Origin: Spirochaetota bacterium | Lineage (GTDB): Bacteria > Spirochaetota > UBA12135 > COTS27 > CBDBHE01 | Assembly: GCA_965205605.1 (NCBI GenBank) | Contig: CBDBHE010000007.1 | Coordinates: 83,479 to 147,478, forward strand | Direction: 5' to 3' | DNA length: 64,000 bases | Shown: positions 38,546 through 48,247 of the stretch, piece by piece | How the letters are laid out: the number at the start of each line of letters is the position of its first letter | Position numbering within the stretch: position 1 is the stretch's first letter | Made by a program: the position numbers and the translations under genes | The notes under the pieces: model-generated | What the model was told of the DNA's origin: nothing | The model's database searches: none | What the model saw: only the letters and a program-made list of their open reading frames with translations

Positions 38546-39266
38546 CATTTTCCCCAAATCCTATTTCTGTTACGTATTCATTATTAGGATCAAGCATTAA
38601 CTTTCCATCAACTCTATATTTATAAAAAGTGCGATTAGAATCAATGTGTTTCTCAATCACCCAATACACCCCTTCTAAACGCATATAATCCACATACGGA
38701 TCCCAGAGGTTGTCATTCCCTATCCAACTGACTTTTTGATAACGCTGATCTTTTAAAAAAAACTTATACACCCTACCTTTAATTCTCTTAGGGCTTTTTT
38801 TAATAAAAACCATATCCTTTTCTAAGTAAAAAGCCGACATCAAAGTCCCATAACGATCATTAACTTGGTGTGATTGACTAGGGTCATTAATCCAAACTTT
38901 ATTAACAAAAAAACGATAGGTATATTCTCCTGCTTTGAGTTCTAAAGGAATAAAAACTTCATAAATACCATAATCTTTTTTTTTCATTTTAAATTTCCTC
39001 GTCCAATTTAAAAAGCTACCTGAAAGAGAAACTGTATCATTCTCTTTACCCCCATAGGTAAATAAAATCCCATCTTGGTATAAAATAGGGACTCCTATCC
39101 CCATTTGTTTCTTTTTTAAAATAGACTCTCGATACAAAAGATCAACTTTTTGAATGGACTCTATAACAACTCCATCATCTTTTTTAATGAAGGCTTGTTC
39201 GAAAGCCATTGAATAATTAACAAACAAAGCCGTAAGCAAGATGAAATTAAAACTAATTTTAAGCAT
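38520..39266 (-). CDS. secreted protein with two CBM48/AMPK-beta-type glycogen-binding-like (E-set) repeats
   Basis: Signal peptide present. Both repeats follow the pattern GSF.NW......K...G.YEV.I.L..G.Y.YRFFV...W..DP.. (..SLSGSFLNWTRKFKM..YTYRFFVNKVWINDPSQ.., ..YKYRVDGKLMLDPNNEYV). Confidence 0.45.
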   Translation of the reverse strand: MLKISFNFILLTALFVNYSMAFEQAFIKKDDGVVIESIQKVDLLYRESILKKKQMGIGVPILYQDGILFTYGGKENDTVSLSGSFLNWTRKFKMKKKDYGIYEVFIPLELKAGEYTYRFFVNKVWINDPSQSHQVNDRYGTLMSAFYLEKDMVFIKKSPKRIKGRVYKFFLKDQRYQKVSWIGNDNLWDPYVDYMRLEGVYWVIEKHIDSNRTFYKYRVDGKLMLDPNNEYVTEIGFGENVNYIPKGK

Positions 39267-40104
39267 TTTTTTTCCGAAAATAAATATATTTTTTCAGATC
39301 TTTTTTTGAATAAAAAGGCTTAAGGGGTACCCCATGTCCGCCTATATTTCTTTTTCTTCTTCCTTCAATTAAAAAAGAAATGGTGTCAAAAGATTTTTTT
39401 GAAGAAGGAATGGTTAACAACGTCCATAAGAGTTGTTGAATCTGAAGATGCAGTCCTTTATCTCCATAACGATTGATTTCAAAAGCTTTATTAAAATCTA
39501 AAATCAAAACCCTGTTTTCAATCCATGCTTTTCTTAAAATAATTTTTTTATTAAAAGAATCAAGCAGGCCTTCTTTAATTGACCGATAAGTGATAAGGTT
39601 TTTAATAATTTTAAAATAAGCACTCTCTTGTTTAAAATTAATTTTAGCTTTATCTTTAACCGCTATAAATTGAATGCGATTTTTGCGATCATCCATCTTT
39701 GGAAAATAATAAAGGATTAATTGATTTTCTCTCTTGTTAGTTAAAAGAGGCTTTTCTTTAATGATTTTTTTTTCAATAGGTGTTTTTTTAGACTGCGTTT
39801 TTTTTTGAGAATAAGGGGTGACTTGCTTAGACTTAGAAAAATGATTTGTTATGATTTCATAAAGATCAGAAAAAACAGAATTTTTTTGATAAAGCACCTG
39901 ATAACGAACATAAAGAAAAGAACTGGCTAAAATAAAAAAAATAATTAAATAAAATCTAAATCGGTAATTAGGCTTAAGCATTTTAGAAGGTGGTTTTTTT
40001 GCAAAAAAAGCAGATTGATCAACTCGAAGAAAATTTGAATAAGCCGGTTTTGAATCAAGTTTTGAATTTTCTTGATGACTTTTGTTAAAATCAAAATACT
40101 TCAT
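39259..40104 (-). CDS. membrane-anchored GerMN-domain protein
   Basis: N-terminal transmembrane segment LIIFFILASSFLYV. The C-terminal ..LHLQIQQLLWTLLTIPS...ISFLIEGRRKRNIGGHGVPLKPFY resembles the GerMN domain. Confidence 0.4.
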   Translation of the reverse strand: MKYFDFNKSHQENSKLDSKPAYSNFLRVDQSAFFAKKPPSKMLKPNYRFRFYLIIFFILASSFLYVRYQVLYQKNSVFSDLYEIITNHFSKSKQVTPYSQKKTQSKKTPIEKKIIKEKPLLTNKRENQLILYYFPKMDDRKNRIQFIAVKDKAKINFKQESAYFKIIKNLITYRSIKEGLLDSFNKKIILRKAWIENRVLILDFNKAFEINRYGDKGLHLQIQQLLWTLLTIPSSKKSFDTISFLIEGRRKRNIGGHGVPLKPFYSKKDLKKYIYFRKKNA

Positions 40105-40308
40105 TTTGTAATATTCTTAAGAAGATTATCGATATTTTTTTCAGTCGCATTATTTCTTTTTTAAGTTTTGAAAATTTTTAAAAAATATTCTTTAAAAAAA
40201 AAGCAGAAAAATCATAATATAATCAAATCTTACTTGATAATTGACAAAAATAAAATTTCATATTTATTTTAAATACAACCTCTTGAAAATAGCAACATTA
40301 ATCAAAAA

Positions 40309-41268
40309 ATGAAAAGCAATACTATTAATTTAAAAAAAATCATTGATTATTCACAAAACACCAATGACAACCTTAAGATCAATTTAATTTCTAAAAATCA
40401 CACATTAAATCGCCCTATTTCTCCAATTGAAATTAATCGACCAGGTTTAAGCTTAGTAGGATTCTATGATTATTTTGCTTATCACCGTATCCAAGTCATT
40501 GGTCAAGGAGAATATGCTTATCTTAAAAAGATAAAAACAGATTCTCAAAAAAAAGAACTCAAAAAAATGTTTTCTTATGAGATTCCTTGTTTTATTTTTT
40601 CTCATAAAAACATACCCCCTAATTTTTTTATCGAAATGGCAAAAGAAAAAAAAATCCCTGTTGCTGTTTCAGAATTAGAAACAGGCCATTTGATTAAATT
40701 GATTAAAAATTCATTTAGAAAAATTTTAGCTCCCAAAATTATTTATCATGGAGTCATGATGGAGCTTTATGGAATGGGTGTCCTTGTTACTGGAGAACAC
40801 GGCATCGGTAAAAGTGAATGTTGTTTAGAAATTATTGAAAAAGGGCATCTTTTTATCGCTGATGATGTCATTGATATTAGACTGCTTGAAAACAATGCTT
40901 TAATGGCTTCTGGGTCTAAAGTGATCGCTCATCATATGGAGATACAAGGGATTGGGATTATTAATATTGCCCATCTTTTTGGCGTAGGTTCTATTAGAAA
41001 TGAAAAAGAAATTGACTTAATCATTCATTTAGAAACCTATGAAGCTAAAAAACATTATGAAAGAATTGGTCTTAAAACTAATAAAAAAGAAATCTTAGGA
41101 GTTAAAATCCCCATTGTAACCATTCCGATACAGCCGGGTACCAACTTACCTGTCTTAATAGAAACTGCCACTATGAATCAAAGGCTTAAAACAAATGGAT
41201 ACAATACAGCTAAAGAATTTAGTAAAAAATTAATAGACTATCTTGAAGAAGGAAAAAATATCTTTTAA
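40309..41268 (+). CDS. hprK: HPr kinase/phosphorylase
   Basis: Walker A GEHGIGKSECCLEIIEKGHLFIADD. Conserved ..IQGIGIINIAHLFG... ptsH follows immediately. Confidence 0.85.
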   Translation: MKSNTINLKKIIDYSQNTNDNLKINLISKNHTLNRPISPIEINRPGLSLVGFYDYFAYHRIQVIGQGEYAYLKKIKTDSQKKELKKMFSYEIPCFIFSHKNIPPNFFIEMAKEKKIPVAVSELETGHLIKLIKNSFRKILAPKIIYHGVMMELYGMGVLVTGEHGIGKSECCLEIIEKGHLFIADDVIDIRLLENNALMASGSKVIAHHMEIQGIGIINIAHLFGVGSIRNEKEIDLIIHLETYEAKKHYERIGLKTNKKEILGVKIPIVTIPIQPGTNLPVLIETATMNQRLKTNGYNTAKEFSKKLIDYLEEGKNIF

Positions 41269-41274
41269 TACAAA

Positions 41275-41532
41275 GTGCAGCACTTCACAATAACCATTAA
41301 ACATCTCCAAGGGATTCATTTAAAACCCGCCACTAAAATAATTAATATCCTAAAAAAATACCCTAACACAAAAATAGAAATCAAAAAAGAAACCGAAAAA
41401 ATTGAAGCAACTTCTATTATCAATATCTTAAGCCTCAATCTATCCTATCAAAAAGAAGTCACTCTTTATATCGAAGGGGAAGAAGAAGAAAAATGCTCCC
41501 AAGAATTAAAAAAAATTTTTCAAGACACTTAA
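41275..41532 (+). CDS. ptsH: phosphocarrier protein HPr
   Basis: 85 aa with the His15 motif ..LQGIHLKPATKI.. and a Ser46 region. It is 6 bp downstream of hprK. Confidence 0.75.
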   Translation: MQHFTITIKHLQGIHLKPATKIINILKKYPNTKIEIKKETEKIEATSIINILSLNLSYQKEVTLYIEGEEEEKCSQELKKIFQDT

Positions 41533-41814
41533 ATTAAAAAAAAACAATTCAGTTTTATTTATATTATTTTCAAAAAACAAACTTTAAACTTTTTTACTTA
41601 AAAAGAAATTTTCATCGATTCTAAAAAATAGCTCATTAACTTTTTCTTTTTCTCGATACTCTTTTTAAAAAGCGATGATTTTCTTCCCTCAAAAAAAAAC
41701 CATAACAAAAGTCAAAACCCATTTTCATTTAATTTATAAAATGATCCCCGGAGAACTCAAAATAACGACTTCTTATGAATTTAATTTTCAAGGTAATTTT
41801 TTTCAGTCTTTTGT

Positions 41815-42522
41815 TTAAGGTAATTTTTTTTTTAATTCATTTAAATAATCTTGAGTCTGCTTAACTAATGTTGATTTTAATTGATTGATTGATGCTGGCT
41901 TATTTAACACTTCTTCTAAAAATAAATAACTTGTCTTTTTGCCTTGAACAAAAGATTCTTTTAAATAATCTTCTAGCCTACGGTCCCTTTTATAAACAGG
42001 AATAGATCCATGTTGCAAAAATCCATTTTGACCTCTTTTTTGAGCAGAGCCAATTAATTTTTTTCCTTTGACGGTAATCTCAAACACTCCATGATATTGA
42101 TAACAAATAGCCGAACGTTTTTCTCTAGGCAATTTTTTTCTAACAAGATCCGCCTTAATTCCTAAAGAATTTAGAAATTTCAAAAGTAAATCAGCTATTT
42201 TTTCATAACTTTCAAACAGCCCCCCCCCTAAATACACACTGTCATTAGACGCTGCAATTGAATAAGTAATCTCTCTATAATGATAAACAGCCAACCCTCC
42301 TGTAATACGCTTAACAATTTCTACCTCTTCTTCTTGACAGACTTCCTCTTTTAAAATCGATGAATCTTGGGAAAACCCTAAAGAAATACAAGGGCTTTTC
42401 CATTCATAAAAACGAATAAAATAATCTTCTTTTGACATTTCTTGAGATTTTTTAAAATTTTCTCCATCCAACTTCATGTTTTCCATCCCACTTAAAGGAG
42501 CATTTACTTCGATACGTTGCAT
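41815..42522 (-). CDS. lipoate-protein ligase A / octanoyltransferase family protein (BPL_LplA_LipB catalytic domain)
   Basis: ..KRITGGLAVYHYREITYSI.. and ..IGSAQKRGQNGFLQHGSIPV.., with the catalytic lysine context. Length 235 aa. Confidence 0.6.
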   Translation of the reverse strand: MQRIEVNAPLSGMENMKLDGENFKKSQEMSKEDYFIRFYEWKSPCISLGFSQDSSILKEEVCQEEEVEIVKRITGGLAVYHYREITYSIAASNDSVYLGGGLFESYEKIADLLLKFLNSLGIKADLVRKKLPREKRSAICYQYHGVFEITVKGKKLIGSAQKRGQNGFLQHGSIPVYKRDRRLEDYLKESFVQGKKTSYLFLEEVLNKPASINQLKSTLVKQTQDYLNELKKKLP

Positions 42523-42608
42523 TTTTTTAAAAAGAGATAAAATTTGTCTCTTCTTTACATTAACTCTAATCTATAAATTTTGTAACCTACTTTTTTGGAG
42601 AAATTACT

Positions 42609-42752
42609 ATGAAACAAACCAGCAATGAAAAAAACTTGATTGCGACAAATAAAAAAAAAAATAAACAATCTAATGAAATGATGTATTCTAATGCTTATGA
42701 TGCTTATGATGCTTTACTAACTCATCATATTTTAAAAAAAACTCATTTCTAA
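42609..42752 (+). CDS. possible small protein (47 aa) with a good Shine-Dalgarno sequence
   Basis: ggagaaattactATG precedes MKQTSNEKNLIATNKKKNKQSNEMMYSNAYDAYDALLTHHILKKTHF*. Not in the ORF track because it is under 60 aa. Confidence 0.2.
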   Translation: MKQTSNEKNLIATNKKKNKQSNEMMYSNAYDAYDALLTHHILKKTHF

Positions 42753-42755
42753 AAT

Positions 42756-44468
42756 TTAATAACTGACTTGCTTATCGGTTGCTTCATGATGTTCTTGGAT
42801 AGGCGCTACGTTAATCCCATCGATACTAGGATCATAAATATAGCAAGTAGGTGTATTGATGTTTTTTGATAACGTCTTTGTAGCATTTCTAATATTAATA
42901 ACGACCCCTTCAAAAGCTTGCTGGAAAACTGCAATTCTTGCTTGATGGCTACCTTTTTCTATAGTGTGACGAAGATATCGAATTTCACTTTCAATTTCTT
43001 TTCTTTGCTGTAAGTATTCTTTCAGTTTGATTAGGTTTTCTTTAATCGCTTGAATTTTTTGAGGATTAGAAGCCACTTTTAAAAGGAAAGCTTTAGGATT
43101 TTTAAAATAACCTTCCCCAATATTACTTTTATATTTAAAAATATGATTATTATTTTCTTTAAGAGAGGCTTCATACCCAATTATTTTAGCAACCACTCTA
43201 GGGTTATATCCTACAGAAAGGACTGTTTTAATTGCATTAACATTACCTACAATAGCAGACTGTATTCCTTTATACGCTTCTAGTACCCCCCCAATAATTT
43301 TTCCTTTTTGAAGATTTTCAACAATAATCATTCCACTAACAGAAGCATGACAATTCATTAAATACGTTTTAATAATCAAATCTCCCTCACATTGTATTTT
43401 AAAATTATTAGCATAACCAATATGAACGCTTCCTTCGGCTTTAATGAAAGAATTGTCTCCTCCCATGACTCCCCCTCTAATAAAAATATCACGTTGGCTT
43501 TCAATATTAGCTTCTTCAACATTCCCATTAATTTTAATCGTTCCTTTTGATTTAACCGAAAATCCTTTTGTCACATTTCCTTTAATCCAAACATTACTTT
43601 CTGAATCAATATTCCCTGTTGAAATATTGACATCACTACTAATCGTTTGTTCAGAAAGGACACTGAGTTTTTGCAACCGATTAATATCCAAAATTCCTTG
43701 GATTTCTGCATAAACCTTTTTTTCTTCTTCATCAATCTCAAGGCCTTTTCCTAAAGTATAAGTATTTATTTTTTCTGATTTTGGTTTAATTATCTCTCCA
43801 AAAATTGTTCTTCCATTTATTCCTTTTTGAGGGAGTTCATAGGTGGCAATTAATTCCCCTTTTTTTACATTACGAACGTAGTTTTTTTCTTTATAATTCA
43901 TCTTCCCTGTTTTTTTTTCTAATATCCCTAATTTGTTTTTATTGAGATCATAAACCATCTTAACAACCATCGGTCTTTGATGAACAACACCAAGCCCCTC
44001 GACAATGAGATGTCTTCCACCTACATTAGAATTATAAGAACTCATGGCTTTATTAAAAGCTTGTGTATTATAAAGAATTTTAATTCCAAAAAGTTTCATT
44101 TCTTTTTCTAAGATTTCACTATCTAAAACACTGTTTTGCGTGTCACTTGAAATAGGAATAATCACATAACCCTTCGTTCTATCTTTTGAATTAAAAAGAA
44201 ATGAATAAACATTTACTCCTAATTTTGTATAGTGAACAAAACCAGCCGCTAAAGAATATAAGGTTTTTTCATCTTTTTCATACCTAACTAAACCATTATA
44301 ACGGATTTGAATGTCTCTTTTTTGTTTTAAAAGAGGCTGATCAGCAAGAACAAAATTTGTCGAAATTTCCTTTAACTGATCTAGATTGACTTCATCAGCT
44401 TCTTTAATAGCATTATATAAATAAAGCGTGTCAACACCTTTATTGTAAAAATATTCTCCATCATACAT
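42756..44468 (-). CDS. FapA/DUF342-family protein (flagellar-assembly-protein-A-like, beta-helical repeats)
   Basis: 570 aa. Glycine-rich repeat region ..IKGNVTKGFSVKSKGTIKINGNVEEANIESQRDIFIRGGVMGGDNSFIKAEGSVHIGYANNFKIQCEGDLII.. typical of DUF342. Confidence 0.5.
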   Translation of the reverse strand: MYDGEYFYNKGVDTLYLYNAIKEADEVNLDQLKEISTNFVLADQPLLKQKRDIQIRYNGLVRYEKDEKTLYSLAAGFVHYTKLGVNVYSFLFNSKDRTKGYVIIPISSDTQNSVLDSEILEKEMKLFGIKILYNTQAFNKAMSSYNSNVGGRHLIVEGLGVVHQRPMVVKMVYDLNKNKLGILEKKTGKMNYKEKNYVRNVKKGELIATYELPQKGINGRTIFGEIIKPKSEKINTYTLGKGLEIDEEEKKVYAEIQGILDINRLQKLSVLSEQTISSDVNISTGNIDSESNVWIKGNVTKGFSVKSKGTIKINGNVEEANIESQRDIFIRGGVMGGDNSFIKAEGSVHIGYANNFKIQCEGDLIIKTYLMNCHASVSGMIIVENLQKGKIIGGVLEAYKGIQSAIVGNVNAIKTVLSVGYNPRVVAKIIGYEASLKENNNHIFKYKSNIGEGYFKNPKAFLLKVASNPQKIQAIKENLIKLKEYLQQRKEIESEIRYLRHTIEKGSHQARIAVFQQAFEGVVINIRNATKTLSKNINTPTCYIYDPSIDGINVAPIQEHHEATDKQVSY

Positions 44469-44591
44469 ATTAAAACCTAAATCAAAATCAATTTTTTATT
44501 CTCACACTAATTAAGTAAATAATACAATTACTATTATCGGTCTTTTTTTAATTAAATTCAACTTTCCAAATCAATGTTAAAATGAACCAAA

Positions 44592-46547
44592 ATGAAAGCC
44601 ATATTATACCCTATCTTAGAAAAACTCAAAAATCCTAAAGATATTAAAAAAATGAGCACCCCTCAATTAAAAGCACTTGCCGAAGAAGTGCGATTATTTA
44701 TCAATGAAACCGTTGTAGAAACAGGCGGGCATTTGGGGCCTAACTTAGGTTGTGTAGAAATCATTATTGCTTGTCATTTTGTCTTTGATTTAATTAAGGA
44801 TAGATTTATTTTTGATGTCGGGCATCAATGCTACCCTCACAAAATTATAACCGGTCGCTTCGCTTATTTCAAGACTCTTCGTCAAAAGGGAGGGATTAGT
44901 GGTTATCCTCACCAAAAAGAAAGTCCTTATGATGTTTTTAGAAGTGGTCACGCTTCAACAGCAATTTCAACTGCTTTAGGAATGCAAAAAGGATATATTT
45001 TAAATAATGAAAAAGACAGAAAAGCAATTGCTTTAGTTGGAGATGGCTCCTTAACAGGAGGAATGGCGTTTGAAGGACTAAATAATACGGGAATTTTAAA
45101 AGATAATTTAATGGTTATTTTAAACGATAATACAATGTCTATTTCCCCAACAGTAGGTGCTCTTTCTAATGCACTTAATAAAATTCGTCATCAAAAAATT
45201 TATTCTAATATTAGAGAAGAATTCATTAAAATCATTAAAAAAATTCCTAAGTTTGGCTCTAGAATAGAAGGAACAATGAAACTTTTTTTAGAAGAAGCCA
45301 AAACACTCATTAATCCAAATCAAATTTTCACCACCCTTGGATTTGACTATATAGGGCCTATTAAAGGACATAATATCTCAGAAATTATTAGTTCTTTAAA
45401 AAAAGCGAAAGAAATCAAAGGGCCTGTTTTACTACATATCCTAACAGAAAAAGGCAAAGGGTATAGGCCCGATGGCCCTTATGGAAAAACGATCCAAGGA
45501 CCACACGCACTTAGCCCAAAAAAAAAGAACTTCATTCAAAACCATCAACAAGAAAATCCTCCTGATTTAATTGTTAAAAAAAGAAAGAATTATTCTGCTT
45601 GTTTTGTTAATAAATTAATAGAGATCGCTAAAGAAAATGAAGACATTGTTGCCATTACAGCGGCCATGGCAGAAGGAACCGGTCTTGAACGTTTTGGAAA
45701 AATTTTTCCAAAAAGATATTTTGACGTAGGTATTTGTGAAGCACACGCTACTGGGTTTGCGGCTGGATTAGCTAGTACAGGGAAAAAACCTGTCTTTGCT
45801 GTTTATTCAACTTTTCTTCAAAGAGCTTTTGACCAAATTTTTCATGAAATTGTGCTTCAAAAAGATATTTCTGTTTTATTTTGTATTGATCGAGCAGGAC
45901 TTGTTGGGGATGATGGACCCAGCCATCACGGAATGTATGATATTGCTTATTTAAGATTATACCCATCTTTTGTCCTTATGGCTCCAAAAAATGGAGAAGA
46001 ACTTGGAAAAATGATACAATTTGGATTAAAGCTAAAACAACCTGTAGCAATTCGATATCCAAAAAATTCTATTCCTGATAAAAAAATTTTTAACACCAAT
46101 GAAGAAATTCAATTAGGTAAAGCAGAAATCATTGCTAAAGGGGAAAAAATTTGTCTTTTTGCTTATGGAAGCATGGTTGAAATCGCCTTGGAAGCAGCCA
46201 ATCAATTAGAAGATATTGGCATCTTTACGACAGTTGTCAATGCTCGTTTTGCTAAACCAATTGATCACCTGATGATAGAATACCTTTTAAAAACTCACGA
46301 ATCTCTAATCACTTTAGAAGAAGGGACCCTTAAAGGAGGATTTGGAAGTGGGGTTTTAGAATGCGCTAATGAAAAAAATCTTGATACTCGAAAAATAAAA
46401 ATCTTAGGCTGTGCTGATAAATTAATCGAACACGCCTCAAGAAAAGAACAATTATCTGAATGTTCTTTAGATACAAAAGGCATCGTTTTAGAAGTGAAAA
46501 AAAAAATGATTCACTTAAAAAAAAAACTAAACAATTTTAAAAAATAA
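44592..46547 (+). CDS. dxs: 1-deoxy-D-xylulose-5-phosphate synthase
   Basis: GGHLGPNLGCVE and GHASTAIS thiamine-diphosphate-binding motifs and a C-terminal transketolase domain. Length 651 aa. Confidence 0.85.
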   Translation: MKAILYPILEKLKNPKDIKKMSTPQLKALAEEVRLFINETVVETGGHLGPNLGCVEIIIACHFVFDLIKDRFIFDVGHQCYPHKIITGRFAYFKTLRQKGGISGYPHQKESPYDVFRSGHASTAISTALGMQKGYILNNEKDRKAIALVGDGSLTGGMAFEGLNNTGILKDNLMVILNDNTMSISPTVGALSNALNKIRHQKIYSNIREEFIKIIKKIPKFGSRIEGTMKLFLEEAKTLINPNQIFTTLGFDYIGPIKGHNISEIISSLKKAKEIKGPVLLHILTEKGKGYRPDGPYGKTIQGPHALSPKKKNFIQNHQQENPPDLIVKKRKNYSACFVNKLIEIAKENEDIVAITAAMAEGTGLERFGKIFPKRYFDVGICEAHATGFAAGLASTGKKPVFAVYSTFLQRAFDQIFHEIVLQKDISVLFCIDRAGLVGDDGPSHHGMYDIAYLRLYPSFVLMAPKNGEELGKMIQFGLKLKQPVAIRYPKNSIPDKKIFNTNEEIQLGKAEIIAKGEKICLFAYGSMVEIALEAANQLEDIGIFTTVVNARFAKPIDHLMIEYLLKTHESLITLEEGTLKGGFGSGVLECANEKNLDTRKIKILGCADKLIEHASRKEQLSECSLDTKGIVLEVKKKMIHLKKKLNNFKK

Positions 46548-46571
46548 CAAAAAAAGGAATAAAAAAGTAAA

Positions 46572-47201
46572 TTGAATATTATTCTTTTAGGGTCCCCGGG
46601 AGCTGGAAAAGGGACTTTAGCGTCTTTTTTAAGTAAAAAATTTAATTATTCTCATTTTTCTACAGGTGACATCTTAAGAGAAGAGATCAAAAGTAAAACA
46701 ACTATTGGGAAAAAAATTACCAATATTCTAAATAAAGGAGAGCTGGTAAAAGACGACTTGATGATTAAAATTATTAAATCCAAAACTAAAAAAGCCACCC
46801 AAGGGACAATTTTAGATGGTTTTCCTAGGACTTATAATCAAATATTAGCATTAGAAAAAATTATTAAAATTGACTTAGTCATTTATCTTTATGTTTCAAA
46901 AACAGTTGCTTTTAAAAGAGTTTTTGGTAGACTTAAATGTAAAAAGTGCACTTCTATCTTTAATATTTATTACAAGCCTCACCAAAAAAAAGGCGTTTGT
47001 GATGATTGCGGAGGGACTACTTTTGAAAAAAGAAGTGATGATAACAAAGAAATCTTTGATAATCGAATTGCTATTTTTGAGAAAACAATAAACGATTTAA
47101 TTTTTTTTTATGATCAAAAAAATGTTTTAGTAAAACTTAATGGAGAAGAAAAAATGGAAATAATTCAAAAAAAAGTGTTTGAAAAAATTACTGCTAAATA
47201 G
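46572..47201 (+). CDS. adk: adenylate kinase (TTG start)
   Basis: MNIILLGSPGAGKGT P-loop. Zinc-lid CKKC..CDDCGG. Confidence 0.85.
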   Translation: MNIILLGSPGAGKGTLASFLSKKFNYSHFSTGDILREEIKSKTTIGKKITNILNKGELVKDDLMIKIIKSKTKKATQGTILDGFPRTYNQILALEKIIKIDLVIYLYVSKTVAFKRVFGRLKCKKCTSIFNIYYKPHQKKGVCDDCGGTTFEKRSDDNKEIFDNRIAIFEKTINDLIFFYDQKNVLVKLNGEEKMEIIQKKVFEKITAK

Positions 47202-47224
47202 TAAAACCTAAATCACTTTAAAAA

Positions 47225-48247
47225 ATGAATCAATTTTTATTATTAAAAATTTTTATCTTCTGCTTTTTTTTAGAATCTGCTTTCCCCATTCCAAAAATCT
47301 TAAAAGAAGTTTTAAATAAAAGTTACGACTACCAATCTGCTCTTAATAAAAAAGAATACTATACTGGTGAAAAAGCCTTCTTTTCAAATCAAGTTAAAAA
47401 AGGAGATTATAATATTTCAGGCAAACCTATTCTTCTTCATTTACAGCAAGGTCATTTCTTAAAAAATCAAGAAAAAAAAATCCAAGAAATTACAGATGCT
47501 TTTGGTTCGCTGACATTTGCATTTAATGTTGGAAAAAAAGAAGGAACCTATATGGCTTCTGCTTATTTTCTCAATTCAAAACACGGTTATACCGAACACG
47601 CCAACTTTACCCCTTACATGGTCATCTCAAAATGGAAACTATGGATTCAGGTGCTTATTTTAATGAGTATGATGATCTTTTTTTATTTTAAAGAAATTAA
47701 AAACCATTCGATTGAAAAGTCAGTTCATTTTTTTTTTTTAAGCCCTTTTCTTGTAAAAGTAAAAGGAAAGAAAAAAAAATATAAATTAAATGCCTTATTT
47801 TGGATTCAAATTTCTTATGGGATTGTTTTTTTAACTTTTTTAGCTTTTTATTTAGCTTTTTATTCTAATCTTTATTTAGTGCTTTCTTTATTTTTTATCT
47901 ACACATTTTTTTTTAAAAATAGTAAAGTAGATACTTCTTTTTTTATTTATAGTTTTTTTATAACTTTTAGCTGGTTTATTTTAAAAAATTATGGACAGAC
48001 ATTTCTTTTTTCTAGTTTTTTTTCCCACCCTATTTTTATTGTTCTTTTATCATTTTTGATAATGTGTTTTCCTAGTCCTTTATTTTTTATTCCTTTAAGT
48101 GTTCTTCTAATTTTTTTAACTTCTTTTACACCTATTAACATTTTATACATCGTTTTATTTTCTGTTTTTACTTTTATCATCCACTGCTTTTTGACCTCTA
48201 ATACTTTTAAACAAATAAACAACCTACTCCCAAAGAAAAAAAAGTGA
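47225..48247 (+). CDS. membrane protein: signal peptide, about 130-aa periplasmic domain, then multiple transmembrane helices; overlaps the sigma-factor gene by 4 bp
   Basis: Hydrophobicity pattern only. No family was recognised. Confidence 0.45.
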   Translation: MNQFLLLKIFIFCFFLESAFPIPKILKEVLNKSYDYQSALNKKEYYTGEKAFFSNQVKKGDYNISGKPILLHLQQGHFLKNQEKKIQEITDAFGSLTFAFNVGKKEGTYMASAYFLNSKHGYTEHANFTPYMVISKWKLWIQVLILMSMMIFFYFKEIKNHSIEKSVHFFFLSPFLVKVKGKKKKYKLNALFWIQISYGIVFLTFLAFYLAFYSNLYLVLSLFFIYTFFFKNSKVDTSFFIYSFFITFSWFILKNYGQTFLFSSFFSHPIFIVLLSFLIMCFPSPLFFIPLSVLLIFLTSFTPINILYIVLFSVFTFIIHCFLTSNTFKQINNLLPKKKK

